A stretch of 50,279 nt of DNA from Clostridiales bacterium (GTDB lineage: Bacteria > Bacillota > Clostridia > Oscillospirales > RGIG5299), in the NCBI GenBank assembly GCA_016281405.1, contig JAEEIO010000013.1:1-50279 (forward strand), read 5' to 3'. Position 1 is the first letter of the stretch. Every line of letters starts with the position of its first letter. This document shows positions 15,632 to 24,858 of the stretch, one piece after another. Under the pieces are notes generated by a model. It saw nothing but the letters and a program-made list of their open reading frames with translations. It was not told the DNA's origin and made no database searches. Made by a program: the position numbers and the translations under genes.

Positions 15632-15670
15632 CAAAAAATATTGCAGATACCGCAAAAAGCGGCGTCTGCA
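15632..15670 (-). terminator. Terminator after the ECF S-component gene
   Basis: tgcagataccgc (15642-15653) pairs imperfectly with gcggcgtctgca (15659-15670). The minus strand continues AUAUUUUUUG. Confidence 0.6.
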
Positions 15671-15692
15671 ATAAAATCGGTTCTTCGAGTTT

Positions 15693-16304
15693 TTAATATT
15701 TTATTTTTGAGAGCGCCTTGGCGACCGCCGTGCCTATCACGGTGCAGGCCGCGGCTTCGAGGACGACGTTGAGGCTGACCACGGTCATGGCGGCTATCAC
15801 TACGGCGTCGCCGAATTTATCGGCGAGGTAGGTGGTGCCGAAAAGGAGGACGAGGGCGGTCATGAAGAGGACGGTGTTGAGGAGCGCGCCCGCGAGGCTC
15901 GCGACTATGTAGGAGACGATCCTCGTCTTGTCTATCTTTGCGAGAAGCTTGAAAATGAGGCCGCAGAGCCAGCCCATGAGGATACGCGGTATCATAAAGA
16001 GGATCACGGCGAACCACGGGTTGATGGCGACGAGGGCGATGCCGAAGTCCGACGGCGACGGCACGCCGAGAAAGGCCATGAGGACGCTCGTCAGTCCGAA
16101 TACGCCGCCTAATATCGCGCCGTACATCGGCCCTAAGGTAATGGCGCCGACGACGACGGGTATCATGAGAAGGGTTATTTCGATAACTCCGATCTTGATA
16201 TAGCCGATAAAGGGCACGAGCCACATGAGCAATATGACCGCCGCGAGCACCGAGGCGAGGACGAATTTTTTGAGTCTGACGGAACTGCTTCTTTTAAGAG
16301 ACAT
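15693..16304 (-). CDS. ECF-transporter substrate-specific (S) component, vitamin-uptake type (PanT/RibU-like)
   Basis: Small, very hydrophobic protein of ~203 aa with ~6 TM segments (…IEITLLMIPVVVGAITLGPMYGAILGGVFG…). ORF track starts at GTG 16313; ATG 16304 has AAAGGTG 6 nt upstream. Confidence 0.7.
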   Translation of the reverse strand: MSLKRSSSVRLKKFVLASVLAAVILLMWLVPFIGYIKIGVIEITLLMIPVVVGAITLGPMYGAILGGVFGLTSVLMAFLGVPSPSDFGIALVAINPWFAVILFMIPRILMGWLCGLIFKLLAKIDKTRIVSYIVASLAGALLNTVLFMTALVLLFGTTYLADKFGDAVVIAAMTVVSLNVVLEAAACTVIGTAVAKALSKIKY

Positions 16305-16362
16305 TTTTATCACCTTTTCTATTTACAAAAACCGTCAAATAATGTATTATATTAGTATGCGT

Positions 16363-16391
16363 ATTATAGCATATCGCAACGGTAAAATCAA
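16363..16391 (-). promoter_or_regulatory. Promoter of the ECF S-component gene (extended -10)
   Basis: Minus strand reads TTGATT (16386-16391), 17-nt spacer ending TGC, TATAAT (16363-16368). It overlaps a divergent TTTACA-17-TATTAT promoter for the DUF4364 gene. Confidence 0.55.
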
Positions 16392-16409
16392 GACCGCGAG
16401 GTGATTTTT

Positions 16410-16970
16410 ATGAAAAAGTATGACGCCGCGAACGACACTCTTTCCGATCCCGAGCAGATAAAGCTTTTACTGCTCTATATCTTCATAGCCGTCCGCCGTC
16501 CCATGACCGAGACGGAGCTGACCGACGCCGTCCGCTACGACGAGCTTTGCAACTATTTCGATATGGCGGGGTGCTTGAAGGAGCTTGTAAGGGGCGGGCT
16601 CGTCGACCGCACCGAAATAGACGGCGACTATTATTACAGTCCGACCGCGAAGGGCTTTTCGACCCTCTCGGAGCTCGAGCATTACATCCCGAAGTCGGTG
16701 AGAGACAAGGCAAATCTCGCGTCGACCAAGACGCTCGCCTCCATAATCCGCAAGGAGGCCGTCGGGACGGAAATAAAAGAGGTGCCGATGGGGTATATGG
16801 TGACGCTGACCTTAAACGACGAGAGCATGAGAATATTCGAGACGACGCTTTATATGCCGTCCATAGGTCAGGCGAACGCCCTCTGCAAGTCCTTTAAGGA
16901 AGACCCCGAAAAAGTCTATTTCGCCTTTATGAACGCCGTGACGGAAAAGACGTCGGAGGAAGAGGCTTGA
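16410..16970 (+). CDS. DUF4364 family protein (winged-helix-like, putative regulator)
   Basis: …DPEQIKLLLLYIFIAVRRPMTETELTDAV… and the overall length and architecture match my memory of DUF4364. ATG 16410 has GAGGTG 7 nt upstream (ORF track starts at GTG 16401). Confidence 0.7.
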   Translation: MKKYDAANDTLSDPEQIKLLLLYIFIAVRRPMTETELTDAVRYDELCNYFDMAGCLKELVRGGLVDRTEIDGDYYYSPTAKGFSTLSELEHYIPKSVRDKANLASTKTLASIIRKEAVGTEIKEVPMGYMVTLTLNDESMRIFETTLYMPSIGQANALCKSFKEDPEKVYFAFMNAVTEKTSEEEA

Positions 16971-17434
16971 CCCGCGGCGAAAAGGCCGAGGCCTTTTTCA
17001 GAGAGGGCTACGGCTGCGCGCAGTCGGTCGTCCTCGCCTTTACGGACGAAACGGGGCTTTCGGAAGAGACTCTCGCCTCGCTCGCGTCGCCCTTCGGCGG
17101 CGGACTCGGACGGATGCGCGAGGTCTGCGGCGCCGTCAGCGGCGCGGCCGCGGTGCTGGGACTTTTACGCGGCTCCCCCACTCCCGACCGCGCGGAGCGC
17201 GCCCGCGTTTACGCCGAAACGAGGGAGTTTGCCGACCGTTTCAAGGAAAAACACGGCTCTGTCGTCTGCCGCGAGATAATGGCGGGGGTGAAAACCTCGG
17301 GCGGCCCCTTCCCCGCCGAACGGAACGAGGAGTTTTACAGGTCGCGCCCCTGCCTTTCGTGCGTAAGGGACGCCGCCGATATTTTGGAAAAACTGCTTAC
17401 CGAAAAGGAGAATGAAAATGAAAAAATCGACTAA
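16967..17434 (+). CDS. C_GCAxxG_C_C family redox protein
   Basis: 155 aa with FREGYGCAQSVVLAF…GGGLGRMREVCGAVSGAA…SVVCREI…CLSCV. TTG start overlaps the upstream TGA. Confidence 0.75.
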   Translation: MTRGEKAEAFFREGYGCAQSVVLAFTDETGLSEETLASLASPFGGGLGRMREVCGAVSGAAAVLGLLRGSPTPDRAERARVYAETREFADRFKEKHGSVVCREIMAGVKTSGGPFPAERNEEFYRSRPCLSCVRDAADILEKLLTEKENENEKID

Positions 17435-17849
17435 AATACTGCTTCTCACCGCGGCGGCCCTTTCGGCCCTCGCTCTGCTTGCCGCCTGCGCGGGCGGAGG
17501 GGAGACCTCGTCCGTCACGCCGTCGGCGCCCGCCGAAGACGTCACCGAGATAAAAGAGATGGCGGCGACCTTCATAGACGCCATAAGGCAGCAAAACGTC
17601 GTCAAAATGGAGACGATGGGCGGCGTGCCCGTCGACACCTACGGCGACTGGAGCAAGCCGACCATTGAAAAAATAACCTCCGAGGAGGTCTCGGTCACCG
17701 CCGAAAAGGCGGTCTACAAGGTCACGGTCACCGTTAAAGACAACGGCGGCGCCGCGAAAATCGCAAACGGCGAAAACCGCTACGTCCTCACCGTAACACT
17801 TGACGCCGACATAGGCGCCTATGAATTTGATTTTACAAAGGATGAGTAA
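17418..17849 (+). CDS. Small lipoprotein, unknown function
   Basis: MKKSTKILLLTAAALSALALLAACAGG carries a lipobox (LAAC). AAGGAGA lies upstream. ORF track start is 17412. Confidence 0.7.
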   Translation: MKKSTKILLLTAAALSALALLAACAGGGETSSVTPSAPAEDVTEIKEMAATFIDAIRQQNVVKMETMGGVPVDTYGDWSKPTIEKITSEEVSVTAEKAVYKVTVTVKDNGGAAKIANGENRYVLTVTLDADIGAYEFDFTKDE

Positions 17850-17852
17850 AAA

Positions 17853-18911
17853 ATGAAAATCTCCGACATCGACAAAAACTTTGCCACGCCCGTCGCCTGC
17901 GAGGACGGCATAGCCTACTACTCGCCCTTCGAGGCGCCGTTTGAAATCGACGGGCTCCCCGAGTGGAAGCGTAACGGCAATCTTTCCCGTCTTACGAAGG
18001 AGCTTCAGCAAGACGAAAAGCTATTCCACGGCGTCAGGGCGCTTGCGTCCTGCACCGCGGGCGGCATGATAAGATTCCGGACCGATTCGCCCGTCGTCGC
18101 CGTCAAATACACCCAGCCCGAGCTTTACACCCACCCCAATATGTGCCTGATCGGCGCCGCGGGTTTAGACCTCTACATCGGGTCGGGCGCCTCGAAAAAA
18201 TACCGCGCGAGCATGCTCCCCGCCGAAAACGGCGAGACGGCGGTAAGGACGATAAACGTCGACGAGGGCTTTAAGGAGATAACGATAAATCTTCCCCATT
18301 ACGCGGGCATTAACGAGATAAGCGTCGGCGTCAAAGAGGGGTGCCGCGTCGCCGCGCCGAAGCCTTTCAGGGTCCCTCATCCCATTTGCTTTTACGGCTC
18401 GTCTATAACACAGGGCGGATGCGCCTCCCATTCGGGCAACACCTACACCGCCGTCGTCGGCAGGACGCTAGACGCCGAGGTCATTAATCTCGGCTTTTCG
18501 GGCAGCTGCAAGGGCGAGCTTCTGATGGCCGATTATATCAACACGCTCGAGCTTTCGGCCTACGTCTACGATTACGACCACAACACCCCCGACGTGCAGT
18601 TTCTCAAAGATACCCACCTCGCCTGCTACGAGAGAGTCCGCGAGCATCACAAGGACCTGCCCATCGTCATCCTCTCGAAGCCCGACTACCACGATTACGC
18701 GCCCGACGACGAGCTTCGCCGCCAGGTAGTCATAGCGACCTACGAAAAGGCGAAGGCGCGGGGCGACCGCGTGGCGTTCGTGGACGGCAAGTATATCATG
18801 GACGGCCCGCGCAAGCTCGACTGCACCGTCGACGGCTGTCATCCGAACGACCTCGGCTTTTACAGGATGGCAAGGAAGGTCATAAAGGCGCTCAGGGAGC
18901 TGGGAGTGTAA
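17853..18911 (+). CDS. SGNH/GDSL hydrolase-type esterase with N-terminal GxDLY beta-sandwich domain (carbohydrate esterase-like)
   Basis: AAGLDLYIG (GxDLY), FYGSSITQGGCAS (catalytic Ser block), INLGFSGSCKGE, DGCHPNDLGFYRMA (DxxH block). Confidence 0.8.
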   Translation: MKISDIDKNFATPVACEDGIAYYSPFEAPFEIDGLPEWKRNGNLSRLTKELQQDEKLFHGVRALASCTAGGMIRFRTDSPVVAVKYTQPELYTHPNMCLIGAAGLDLYIGSGASKKYRASMLPAENGETAVRTINVDEGFKEITINLPHYAGINEISVGVKEGCRVAAPKPFRVPHPICFYGSSITQGGCASHSGNTYTAVVGRTLDAEVINLGFSGSCKGELLMADYINTLELSAYVYDYDHNTPDVQFLKDTHLACYERVREHHKDLPIVILSKPDYHDYAPDDELRRQVVIATYEKAKARGDRVAFVDGKYIMDGPRKLDCTVDGCHPNDLGFYRMARKVIKALRELGV

Positions 18912-19022
18912 ATAATAACGAAAGAACGCCCCCGCCTCGACGGCCGCGCGAAGCGCGGCGGATCCGCCGCGGCCGCTTTTTCCGATATTACAAGCCGCGC
19001 CGACAGATACGCGGCGGAATTG

Positions 19023-19056
19023 AAAATCCCCTGCTCGAAAACGAGCAGGGGATTTT
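19023..19056. terminator. Bidirectional terminator between convergent genes
   Basis: aaaatcccctgctcg (19023-19037), loop aaaa, cgagcaggggatttt (19042-19056): a perfect 15-bp stem including A/T runs. Confidence 0.85.
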
Positions 19057-19070
19057 GTCGGGGCGGGGGT

Positions 19071-20735
19071 TTAGAAGAATATCGGGCTGTCGAAAACTAT
19101 GTTGGTGCTGTTCGTGAAGCTGTTCTGGAGCGACGAGATGCTCGTCTGCTTTCTGAAGGTGTCGCCCGCGAAGAGGACGTCGCTGCAGCCATTTCCGGTG
19201 ATGTCGGCCGCGGTGCTGCTTGTCATGTCCTGCGTGAAGCAGTTTACCATAAAGGTTATCGCGCTGGAGTTTTGCAGCACGGCGTTATAGTCCTCGTTGC
19301 CGACGAACTGGTTGCCCGTGACGGTTATCCTCTTGCTCGAGGCAGGCGCGTTGCTTATGCGAAGGCCCTTCGAGTGGTTGGTTATGGTGCAGAACTCTAT
19401 GGCGACGTCGGTGCATCCGTCAAGGTCGATGCCCACTCTGTCGGCGGGAACGCCGACGGTGGCGTTGGCCGTATAGGAGACGCCGCCGTTGGTGGCGACC
19501 CACATATCTCTTATGACGACGCCTTCGCAGTCGGTCATTTTGATCGCCGCGGGATTCTCGCCGTAGGGCTTGGAGCTTCCGCTCAGGGCGGTATAGCCGA
19601 GGTCGAAGCCGCCGAGCGAGACGGTTATTCCGGTGCAGTCGGTAAACTCGACGTCGGTACCGAAGCCCCATACCTCGGAGGCGGTGTTGAGGACGATATT
19701 CTCACAGTCTGAAGCGACTATGAGATGCTGGTTGGTGAGTCCTAAAAAGGAGCGCATTTCGACGTTTTCACAGCCGTTAAGTCTGAAGACGGTGAGATTG
19801 TCGTTGGCGTAGCCCATCGAAACCGATACGCGTTCGCAGGAGTTTAAATCCATCACGTTCGCGTAGCCGTATAAATAGCATCCCGTGAGCGTAAATTCGC
19901 CGCCCGTGACCTTTATGAGAGTGGCGGATCTGCCGTGGCCTATCTCGTCGGCGCGGAGGTCGCGCACGGTGACGCAGGTGTCGGCCGAAACTCTTTCAAA
20001 TATCTTCTGGCCGTGGGTGATGAGGAAGGTCGATTTGAGACCGCTTCCCGCAACGGTGACGTCGTGGTCGACAGGAAGGCTCACGACGGCGCTCAAGTTG
20101 TAAGTGCCCGCGTCGAGATAGACGGTGGAGGCTATCGCCGCGGCCGCCTCTATGGCGGGACTCGCGTCGGCGCCCGAACCTATCGACGCGCCGAACCATT
20201 CGGGCAGGGCGTAAAGGTCGTAGTCGCCGCCCGCCACCTTGCCGCTTCCGTCGAATATTCTCTGACGTCCGGCGGCTATCTTACAGTTGTTTCCGAGATA
20301 GAGCGTGGCGCCCGCCGCAAGAATGATCCTGCCGCCTCCCGTGAAGGCCAGGGTCATACCGTCGGGCAAGAGAATGCTCTCGCCGATGAAAACGGGTCTC
20401 GTGATGAGGAAATAGCCCGAGCTCGCGGCCTGCGCGAGGCCTTCTTTTATGGCGTCGGTGTCGTCCGACGAGCCGTCGCCCTTGGCGAAGACGGTCTTGT
20501 CGGAGAAGACGCCCGCGCCCTCGGTCACGACGGCGGGCTCGAACTGCGCCGCGGGAGCCGCCGCGTAGTTATCAATGGTCGCCGCAAGCTCCTTTATCTC
20601 GGCGGTGCCATAGGGGAAATCGTTAAGCGATACCTCGGCGGCGGAAGAGCCGTCTTTGGGAGCGCATCCCGCAAAGGCAAACGCGAGCAGCGCAAATACG
20701 GTCAAAACAGAGGTCAGTTTAATAAGTTTTTTCAT
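19071..20735 (-). CDS. Lipoprotein with right-handed parallel beta-helix (pectate-lyase-3 / GH28-related fold)
   Basis: Lipobox FAFAGCAPK. Two start-of-helix motifs, GDGSSDDTDAIKEGLAQAASSG and GSGADASPAIEAAAAIASTVYLDAGTY. Repetitive G/N/T-rich beta-helix turns. Confidence 0.7.
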   Translation of the reverse strand: MKKLIKLTSVLTVFALLAFAFAGCAPKDGSSAAEVSLNDFPYGTAEIKELAATIDNYAAAPAAQFEPAVVTEGAGVFSDKTVFAKGDGSSDDTDAIKEGLAQAASSGYFLITRPVFIGESILLPDGMTLAFTGGGRIILAAGATLYLGNNCKIAAGRQRIFDGSGKVAGGDYDLYALPEWFGASIGSGADASPAIEAAAAIASTVYLDAGTYNLSAVVSLPVDHDVTVAGSGLKSTFLITHGQKIFERVSADTCVTVRDLRADEIGHGRSATLIKVTGGEFTLTGCYLYGYANVMDLNSCERVSVSMGYANDNLTVFRLNGCENVEMRSFLGLTNQHLIVASDCENIVLNTASEVWGFGTDVEFTDCTGITVSLGGFDLGYTALSGSSKPYGENPAAIKMTDCEGVVIRDMWVATNGGVSYTANATVGVPADRVGIDLDGCTDVAIEFCTITNHSKGLRISNAPASSKRITVTGNQFVGNEDYNAVLQNSSAITFMVNCFTQDMTSSTAADITGNGCSDVLFAGDTFRKQTSISSLQNSFTNSTNIVFDSPIFF

Positions 20736-20753
20736 TTTTATTTCCTCCTCCGT

Positions 20754-23700
20754 TTAATGCACTCCGTCGGCGAAGGTATTATTTCCTATAATACCGCTTC
20801 CGGATATGTTGTAGTAGCCGCAGTCGAAGACGTTCTGGCAGATAAGAGTGTTTGTTCGCGAGGCGCTTCCTATGGGTCTCGCGCTCTGCGAGGCCGCGCC
20901 CGTCACGGTGTTTCTGAATATCTTGACGTCGGAGCCCGAGGCGTAGACGCCGCAGTTCCTGTAGCCCGTTACGGTATTGCCCATGACTACGAGGGTGTTG
21001 CTGCTCATCGTTATGCGTATGCCCTGATAGAAGCCGCTTATATTATTGTTGGTGACCGATTCGCGGCCGTAGCTGTTCTGCATAAAGACGCCGTAGAACG
21101 AGCCGGTCGGGGCGCTTGTCGATATCGTGTTGCCGTCGACTCTGGAGTCGCAGCACTTGTAAAGCGTGACTGCCGTGGAACGACAGCCTTCGAAAACGCA
21201 GTTTTCGACGTAGACGGCCTGGTTTTCGCATATATAGACCGACCGTGAGCAGTCTTCGCTCCTGCAACCGGTGACCATTATGCCGTTGGAAACGCCGCCC
21301 GACGGGCCGACTATGCAGTTTATGAAGGTCTCGCAGTTTTCACCGTAGCAGCCGTCGTAGTAAATGAACATCGAATACTCGCCGTTGTCGGCGCCGATAT
21401 CGCAGTAGTAATAACCGCAGTTTACAAACGTGCAGCCGCCGCTGTAATCGAAATAGGTGCCGGTCTCGAAGTCATGGAATTCGCAGTTGACGCAGTCGAG
21501 ACGGCTGAAGGCGTTATGCTTGCCCTTGTAGCTTACGGCGGTCCCGACTTTAAGCGCCTCGGAATAGAAGATTATATCGCTGAAGTAGGCGTTGAGGCCG
21601 CCGCTTGCCGCGTCGTTTATCGTAAACATGACCGACGCGGTGGCATCCGAGGGACGGACGAATCTCGTTCCGCTCTCGCCCATGAAGACGGCGGGCTTGA
21701 CGCCGCTGTCGAGGCTGTCGGTATCTATAACGACGCCCGATTTGACGTAGTAGTCGCCCGACTCGAATCTCACGGCGCCGCCGCCGAACTTGTAGGCGGC
21801 CATGATCGCCTCGGAGTCGTCGACGGTGTCGCCCGTCAAAGCGCCGAACCACGCGGCGTCGACGGTGCCGATGCCGTCGAAGAACACATTGAAGTCGGCC
21901 GCGCTGCCGCAGCTTATTATTTGGGTGTTCTTATCGACGACGATGTTCTTCGTGTGGAAGAGGACGTCGGTGTTCATATCGGAAAAGTTGAGTTTGGAGC
22001 CGTTTTCGAATATGAGAGACACGTTGGCGGGGAAGGTTATCGCGGCGTTGCCCGTGAAGGTGTAATCGCCGCCCTCTCCGAAGAGGAGAGCGACGCCCGT
22101 CGACGGGACGGAGGAGTTGAAATAAGACCTTATGGCCGTCGAGTTCGCCGCGCCGGAATTGGTGGTCTTTACGCCTATGCTCTCGGCGGTGACTATACTT
22201 CCGACGCTCTCTTCGGTGGCGACGGCTACGGCCGTGGGCGCTCCCGAAACGGCGGTCTCAATATAGTTGACGCTCCGCGATATGGCGTTGGTATAGACCG
22301 TTTCGCCGTTCTGATAGGTGACGTAGCCGACTGCGGTGAAGGCGCGGCCGAGGCGGTTTTGCGGGATCCCTATTATGACGCCCGTGAACTGTATGCGGTC
22401 GCTGAATACTCTGTAAAGCTTCTGCCCGACTATGCGGAGATAGTCGACGCCGTCGGGGGCGGCGGCGGAGACTATCTTGCCGTTTGGGGTTATGACGAGA
22501 TCCTCGGGCTTGTCGAGAAGGTCGCGGGGGAGGATAAGGAAGCCGTATTCGGTTATCAGGGAGTAGTTTTCGTCTCTGTAGACCTCGCAAAGGAAGCGAA
22601 GGCCCTGCACGCCCTCGGTGCGTATCTGCGCGCCGACGACGCGTCCCTGACGGGAGGCGGAGACCTTATCCATCGTGAAGCCGTTAATTTCGGATACGGT
22701 GCCGACGGCGCCCGCCGCAGAGCCGTAGCCGCAGCCCGCGAAGGAAAGATACACTTTGCCGTCGGAATCGACGACGTCAGACATATCGATCGCGACGGGC
22801 TGGCCGCTCGCTTCGTCGGTGAGGACCGCGCCGTCGATAAGGACGTTATAAAGGTCGCCGTTTTTCCTGTAGGAGAGGGTGAAGGAGCTGTTCTCAAGGA
22901 CGGTGTCGACCGTGGTCAGCTCGGTCACGCCGCCCGTTATGATATTTAAGAACTTGCCCGTGCCGTAGAAGGTTACGCCGAAGCCGCTTGCGGCGGAAAT
23001 ATCGGGGCCGTAGGTGCGGACGAAGAAGTTTGTCGACATAGCCGTAGGCTTATCGGCGCTCACGAAGACGCCGACGTATTCGTTTGGCGTTTCGTAGCCG
23101 CCCTTGGTGACCTTCATTTTGACCGAAAGTCCGTCGAGGGTCACTTTTTCGGGCATGGCGAAGCCCGCCATCGGCCACCACGCGCTGACGTTGTTGTCGA
23201 TGACGACGCTGTTGCTCGTCGAGTAAACTCTGCCCGCGTTCGCGACGTTATCGACGTTTACCGGCGTGAGGCCGTCGACCTCGGGCGCGGAGACGAAGCC
23301 GTTAAAGGCGTTCGGGGCCGTGCCGTTGACCGAAAGAACGGTCATGCCCGGGACGTAGGCGCTGCCGTAGGAGTCGGTCGAGAAGGCGAGGTAGCAGCCG
23401 TCGTTGAAGAGGCCGACGTTGGAGGTGACAGTCGCAAGCACGACGGCCGCGCCGCCGTTTTCTGAGGCCTTGACCCTTATCGTCGCGCCGACGCGCTCGA
23501 AGGTTATGGTCACTTCGGAGTTTTTGGCGGTGGTAAAGCCCGTCGGCGACGAGCCGACCGCCGCGCCGTTCTGAGCGACGTAATAGTCGATGACGTTCGA
23601 GGAATTGACTATCATTTTTACCGAAATGCCGTTATCGTAAAACAGCTTGCTGGTATATCCCCAGGCCGAACTTTGCGGCTTGTCGGTCGAGATGGAGACG

Positions 23701-24074
23701 GCGACGTTCTGATAGGGCTCGGCGCCGCCGTGGCCCGCCGTCGACTCGTAGGTCATTTCGCCGGGGATAATGACCGTCGAAATGGTCGCGCCGTTTTCGA
23801 AGGCGAGCTTTTTGGTCGTGGTGACGCCGTTGCCCGTCCACGTCGGCGAACCTATGAAGAAAGTGCCGTCGTCCCCGACGCTGAAGGTGCCGTTCATGGG
23901 AAACGATCTGCCGCTCGCGGGGGCGTTCTGACCCCTCGCGTCGGTGAGAGGCAGATACTCCCAGTTCGACGAGAGCGTTCCCGCCGCAGTTGCCGTCATA
24001 CCGCCGAAAGAAAGCGTGGCAAACAGCGTGACCGCGGCGACGAGGACGCCGAAAATCCGTCTTGCGTGTTTCAT
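20754..24074 (-). CDS. 1106-aa secreted protein: two lectin/ConA-like beta-sandwich modules, Ig-like module, C-terminal parallel beta-helix
   Basis: Signal peptide MKHARRIFGVLVAAVTLFATLSFGGMTATAAG. Duplicated ~230-aa modules each ending …SVNGTAP / …SEINGFT. Beta-helix start GDTVDDSEAIMAAYKFGGGAVRFESGDYYV, with PbH1-like turns (NNNISGFYQGIRI). Confidence 0.65.
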   Translation of the reverse strand: MKHARRIFGVLVAAVTLFATLSFGGMTATAAGTLSSNWEYLPLTDARGQNAPASGRSFPMNGTFSVGDDGTFFIGSPTWTGNGVTTTKKLAFENGATISTVIIPGEMTYESTAGHGGAEPYQNVAVSISTDKPQSSAWGYTSKLFYDNGISVKMIVNSSNVIDYYVAQNGAAVGSSPTGFTTAKNSEVTITFERVGATIRVKASENGGAAVVLATVTSNVGLFNDGCYLAFSTDSYGSAYVPGMTVLSVNGTAPNAFNGFVSAPEVDGLTPVNVDNVANAGRVYSTSNSVVIDNNVSAWWPMAGFAMPEKVTLDGLSVKMKVTKGGYETPNEYVGVFVSADKPTAMSTNFFVRTYGPDISAASGFGVTFYGTGKFLNIITGGVTELTTVDTVLENSSFTLSYRKNGDLYNVLIDGAVLTDEASGQPVAIDMSDVVDSDGKVYLSFAGCGYGSAAGAVGTVSEINGFTMDKVSASRQGRVVGAQIRTEGVQGLRFLCEVYRDENYSLITEYGFLILPRDLLDKPEDLVITPNGKIVSAAAPDGVDYLRIVGQKLYRVFSDRIQFTGVIIGIPQNRLGRAFTAVGYVTYQNGETVYTNAISRSVNYIETAVSGAPTAVAVATEESVGSIVTAESIGVKTTNSGAANSTAIRSYFNSSVPSTGVALLFGEGGDYTFTGNAAITFPANVSLIFENGSKLNFSDMNTDVLFHTKNIVVDKNTQIISCGSAADFNVFFDGIGTVDAAWFGALTGDTVDDSEAIMAAYKFGGGAVRFESGDYYVKSGVVIDTDSLDSGVKPAVFMGESGTRFVRPSDATASVMFTINDAASGGLNAYFSDIIFYSEALKVGTAVSYKGKHNAFSRLDCVNCEFHDFETGTYFDYSGGCTFVNCGYYYCDIGADNGEYSMFIYYDGCYGENCETFINCIVGPSGGVSNGIMVTGCRSEDCSRSVYICENQAVYVENCVFEGCRSTAVTLYKCCDSRVDGNTISTSAPTGSFYGVFMQNSYGRESVTNNNISGFYQGIRITMSSNTLVVMGNTVTGYRNCGVYASGSDVKIFRNTVTGAASQSARPIGSASRTNTLICQNVFDCGYYNISGSGIIGNNTFADGVH

Positions 24075-24151
24075 GTTATCATCCTTTCACGGAAAGATTT
24101 CCGCATATAATGGAACATTTTATATTATAAATTATATTGAGTGAATAGTCA

Positions 24152-24167
24152 ATAACAATATTATTAT
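24152..24167. promoter_or_regulatory. AT-rich imperfect palindrome, Fur/PerR-box-like, just upstream of the rubrerythrin -35
   Basis: ATAACAATATTATTAT: 14 of 16 positions are self-complementary around AATATT. Confidence 0.3.
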
Positions 24168-24179
24168 CTTGAAAAAGTC

Positions 24180-24208
24180 TTGACGGAAGGCGCGGCATAC
24201 TTTATAAT
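24180..24208 (+). promoter_or_regulatory. Promoter of the reverse rubrerythrin gene
   Basis: TTGACG (24180-24185), 17-nt spacer, TATAAT (24203-24208). Confidence 0.65.
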
Positions 24209-24249
24209 TAAATCAGGCGAAAAAATAACACCGAAAGGAAGATATAAAA

Positions 24250-24795
24250 ATGGCAAAATGGGTATGTAAAGTCTGCGGCTACGTCTACGAGGGCGACGTT
24301 CCCCCCGAGAAATGCCCCGTCTGCAAGGCTCCCGCGGAAAAATTCGAGAAGATGGACGACGAAATGGCCTGGGCCGACGAGCACAAGGTCGGCTCGGCAC
24401 AGGGTCTTGACGCCGAGGTCGTCGAAGGTCTTCGCTCCAACTTCAACGGCGAGTGCTGCGAGGTAGGCATGTATCTTGCCATGTCGCGCCAGGCCGACAG
24501 GGACGGCTATCCCGACGTCGCCGAGGCCTTCCGCCGCTACGCCTTCGAGGAGGCCGATCACGCCGCGAGATTCGCGGAGCTGCTCGGCGAAGTGCTCACC
24601 GACTCGACCGAAAAGAACCTCAAAATGCGCTACGAGGCCGAATACGGCGCCTGCGACGGCAAGAAGAAGCTCGCCGTCAAGGCGAAACAGCTCGGATACG
24701 ACGCCGTTCACGACACCGTCCACGAGATGTGCAAGGACGAGGCCCGTCACGGCAAGGGCTTCTTAGGCCTTTATAAAAAGTATTTCGGGAAATAA
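24250..24795 (+). CDS. rbr: Reverse rubrerythrin (N-terminal rubredoxin-like CxxC...CxxC + ferritin-like diiron domain)
   Basis: [28 protein letters not shown], then [12 protein letters not shown]…[14 protein letters not shown]…[13 protein letters not shown] (ExxH diiron motifs). Confidence 0.9.
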   Translation: MAKWVCKVCGYVYEGDVPPEKCPVCKAPAEKFEKMDDEMAWADEHKVGSAQGLDAEVVEGLRSNFNGECCEVGMYLAMSRQADRDGYPDVAEAFRRYAFEEADHAARFAELLGEVLTDSTEKNLKMRYEAEYGACDGKKKLAVKAKQLGYDAVHDTVHEMCKDEARHGKGFLGLYKKYFGK

Positions 24796-24810
24796 GAGAA
24801 AAAAAGAGAA

Positions 24811-24845
24811 CGCCCCCGCGCCATTGGCGCGGGGGCGTGGGTTTT
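24811..24845. terminator. Bidirectional GC-rich hairpin terminator (rubrerythrin / island gene)
   Basis: cgcccccgcgcc (24811-24822), loop att, ggcgcgggggcg (24826-24837), then tgggtttt. An A-run lies upstream. Confidence 0.85.
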
Positions 24846-24858
24846 GATTCGATTGTGT

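Noticed and set aside
16305-16400. A riboswitch upstream of the ECF S-component gene, and likewise a lysine riboswitch before lysA or a purine riboswitch before purA.
   Set aside because: The leaders are only ~60-80 nt (zero for lysA) and lack the conserved cores I know for FMN, TPP, THF, preQ1, L-box or purine aptamers.
18912-19022. GC-rich palindromic stretch after the SGNH esterase gene (ggccgcgcgaagcgcggc, gcggatccgc, gcggccgc), considered as a second copy of the 37.3-kb element.
   Set aside because: The style is similar, but I could not align it convincingly to 37311-37488. It is most simply a compound terminator region ahead of the perfect hairpin at 19023-19056.
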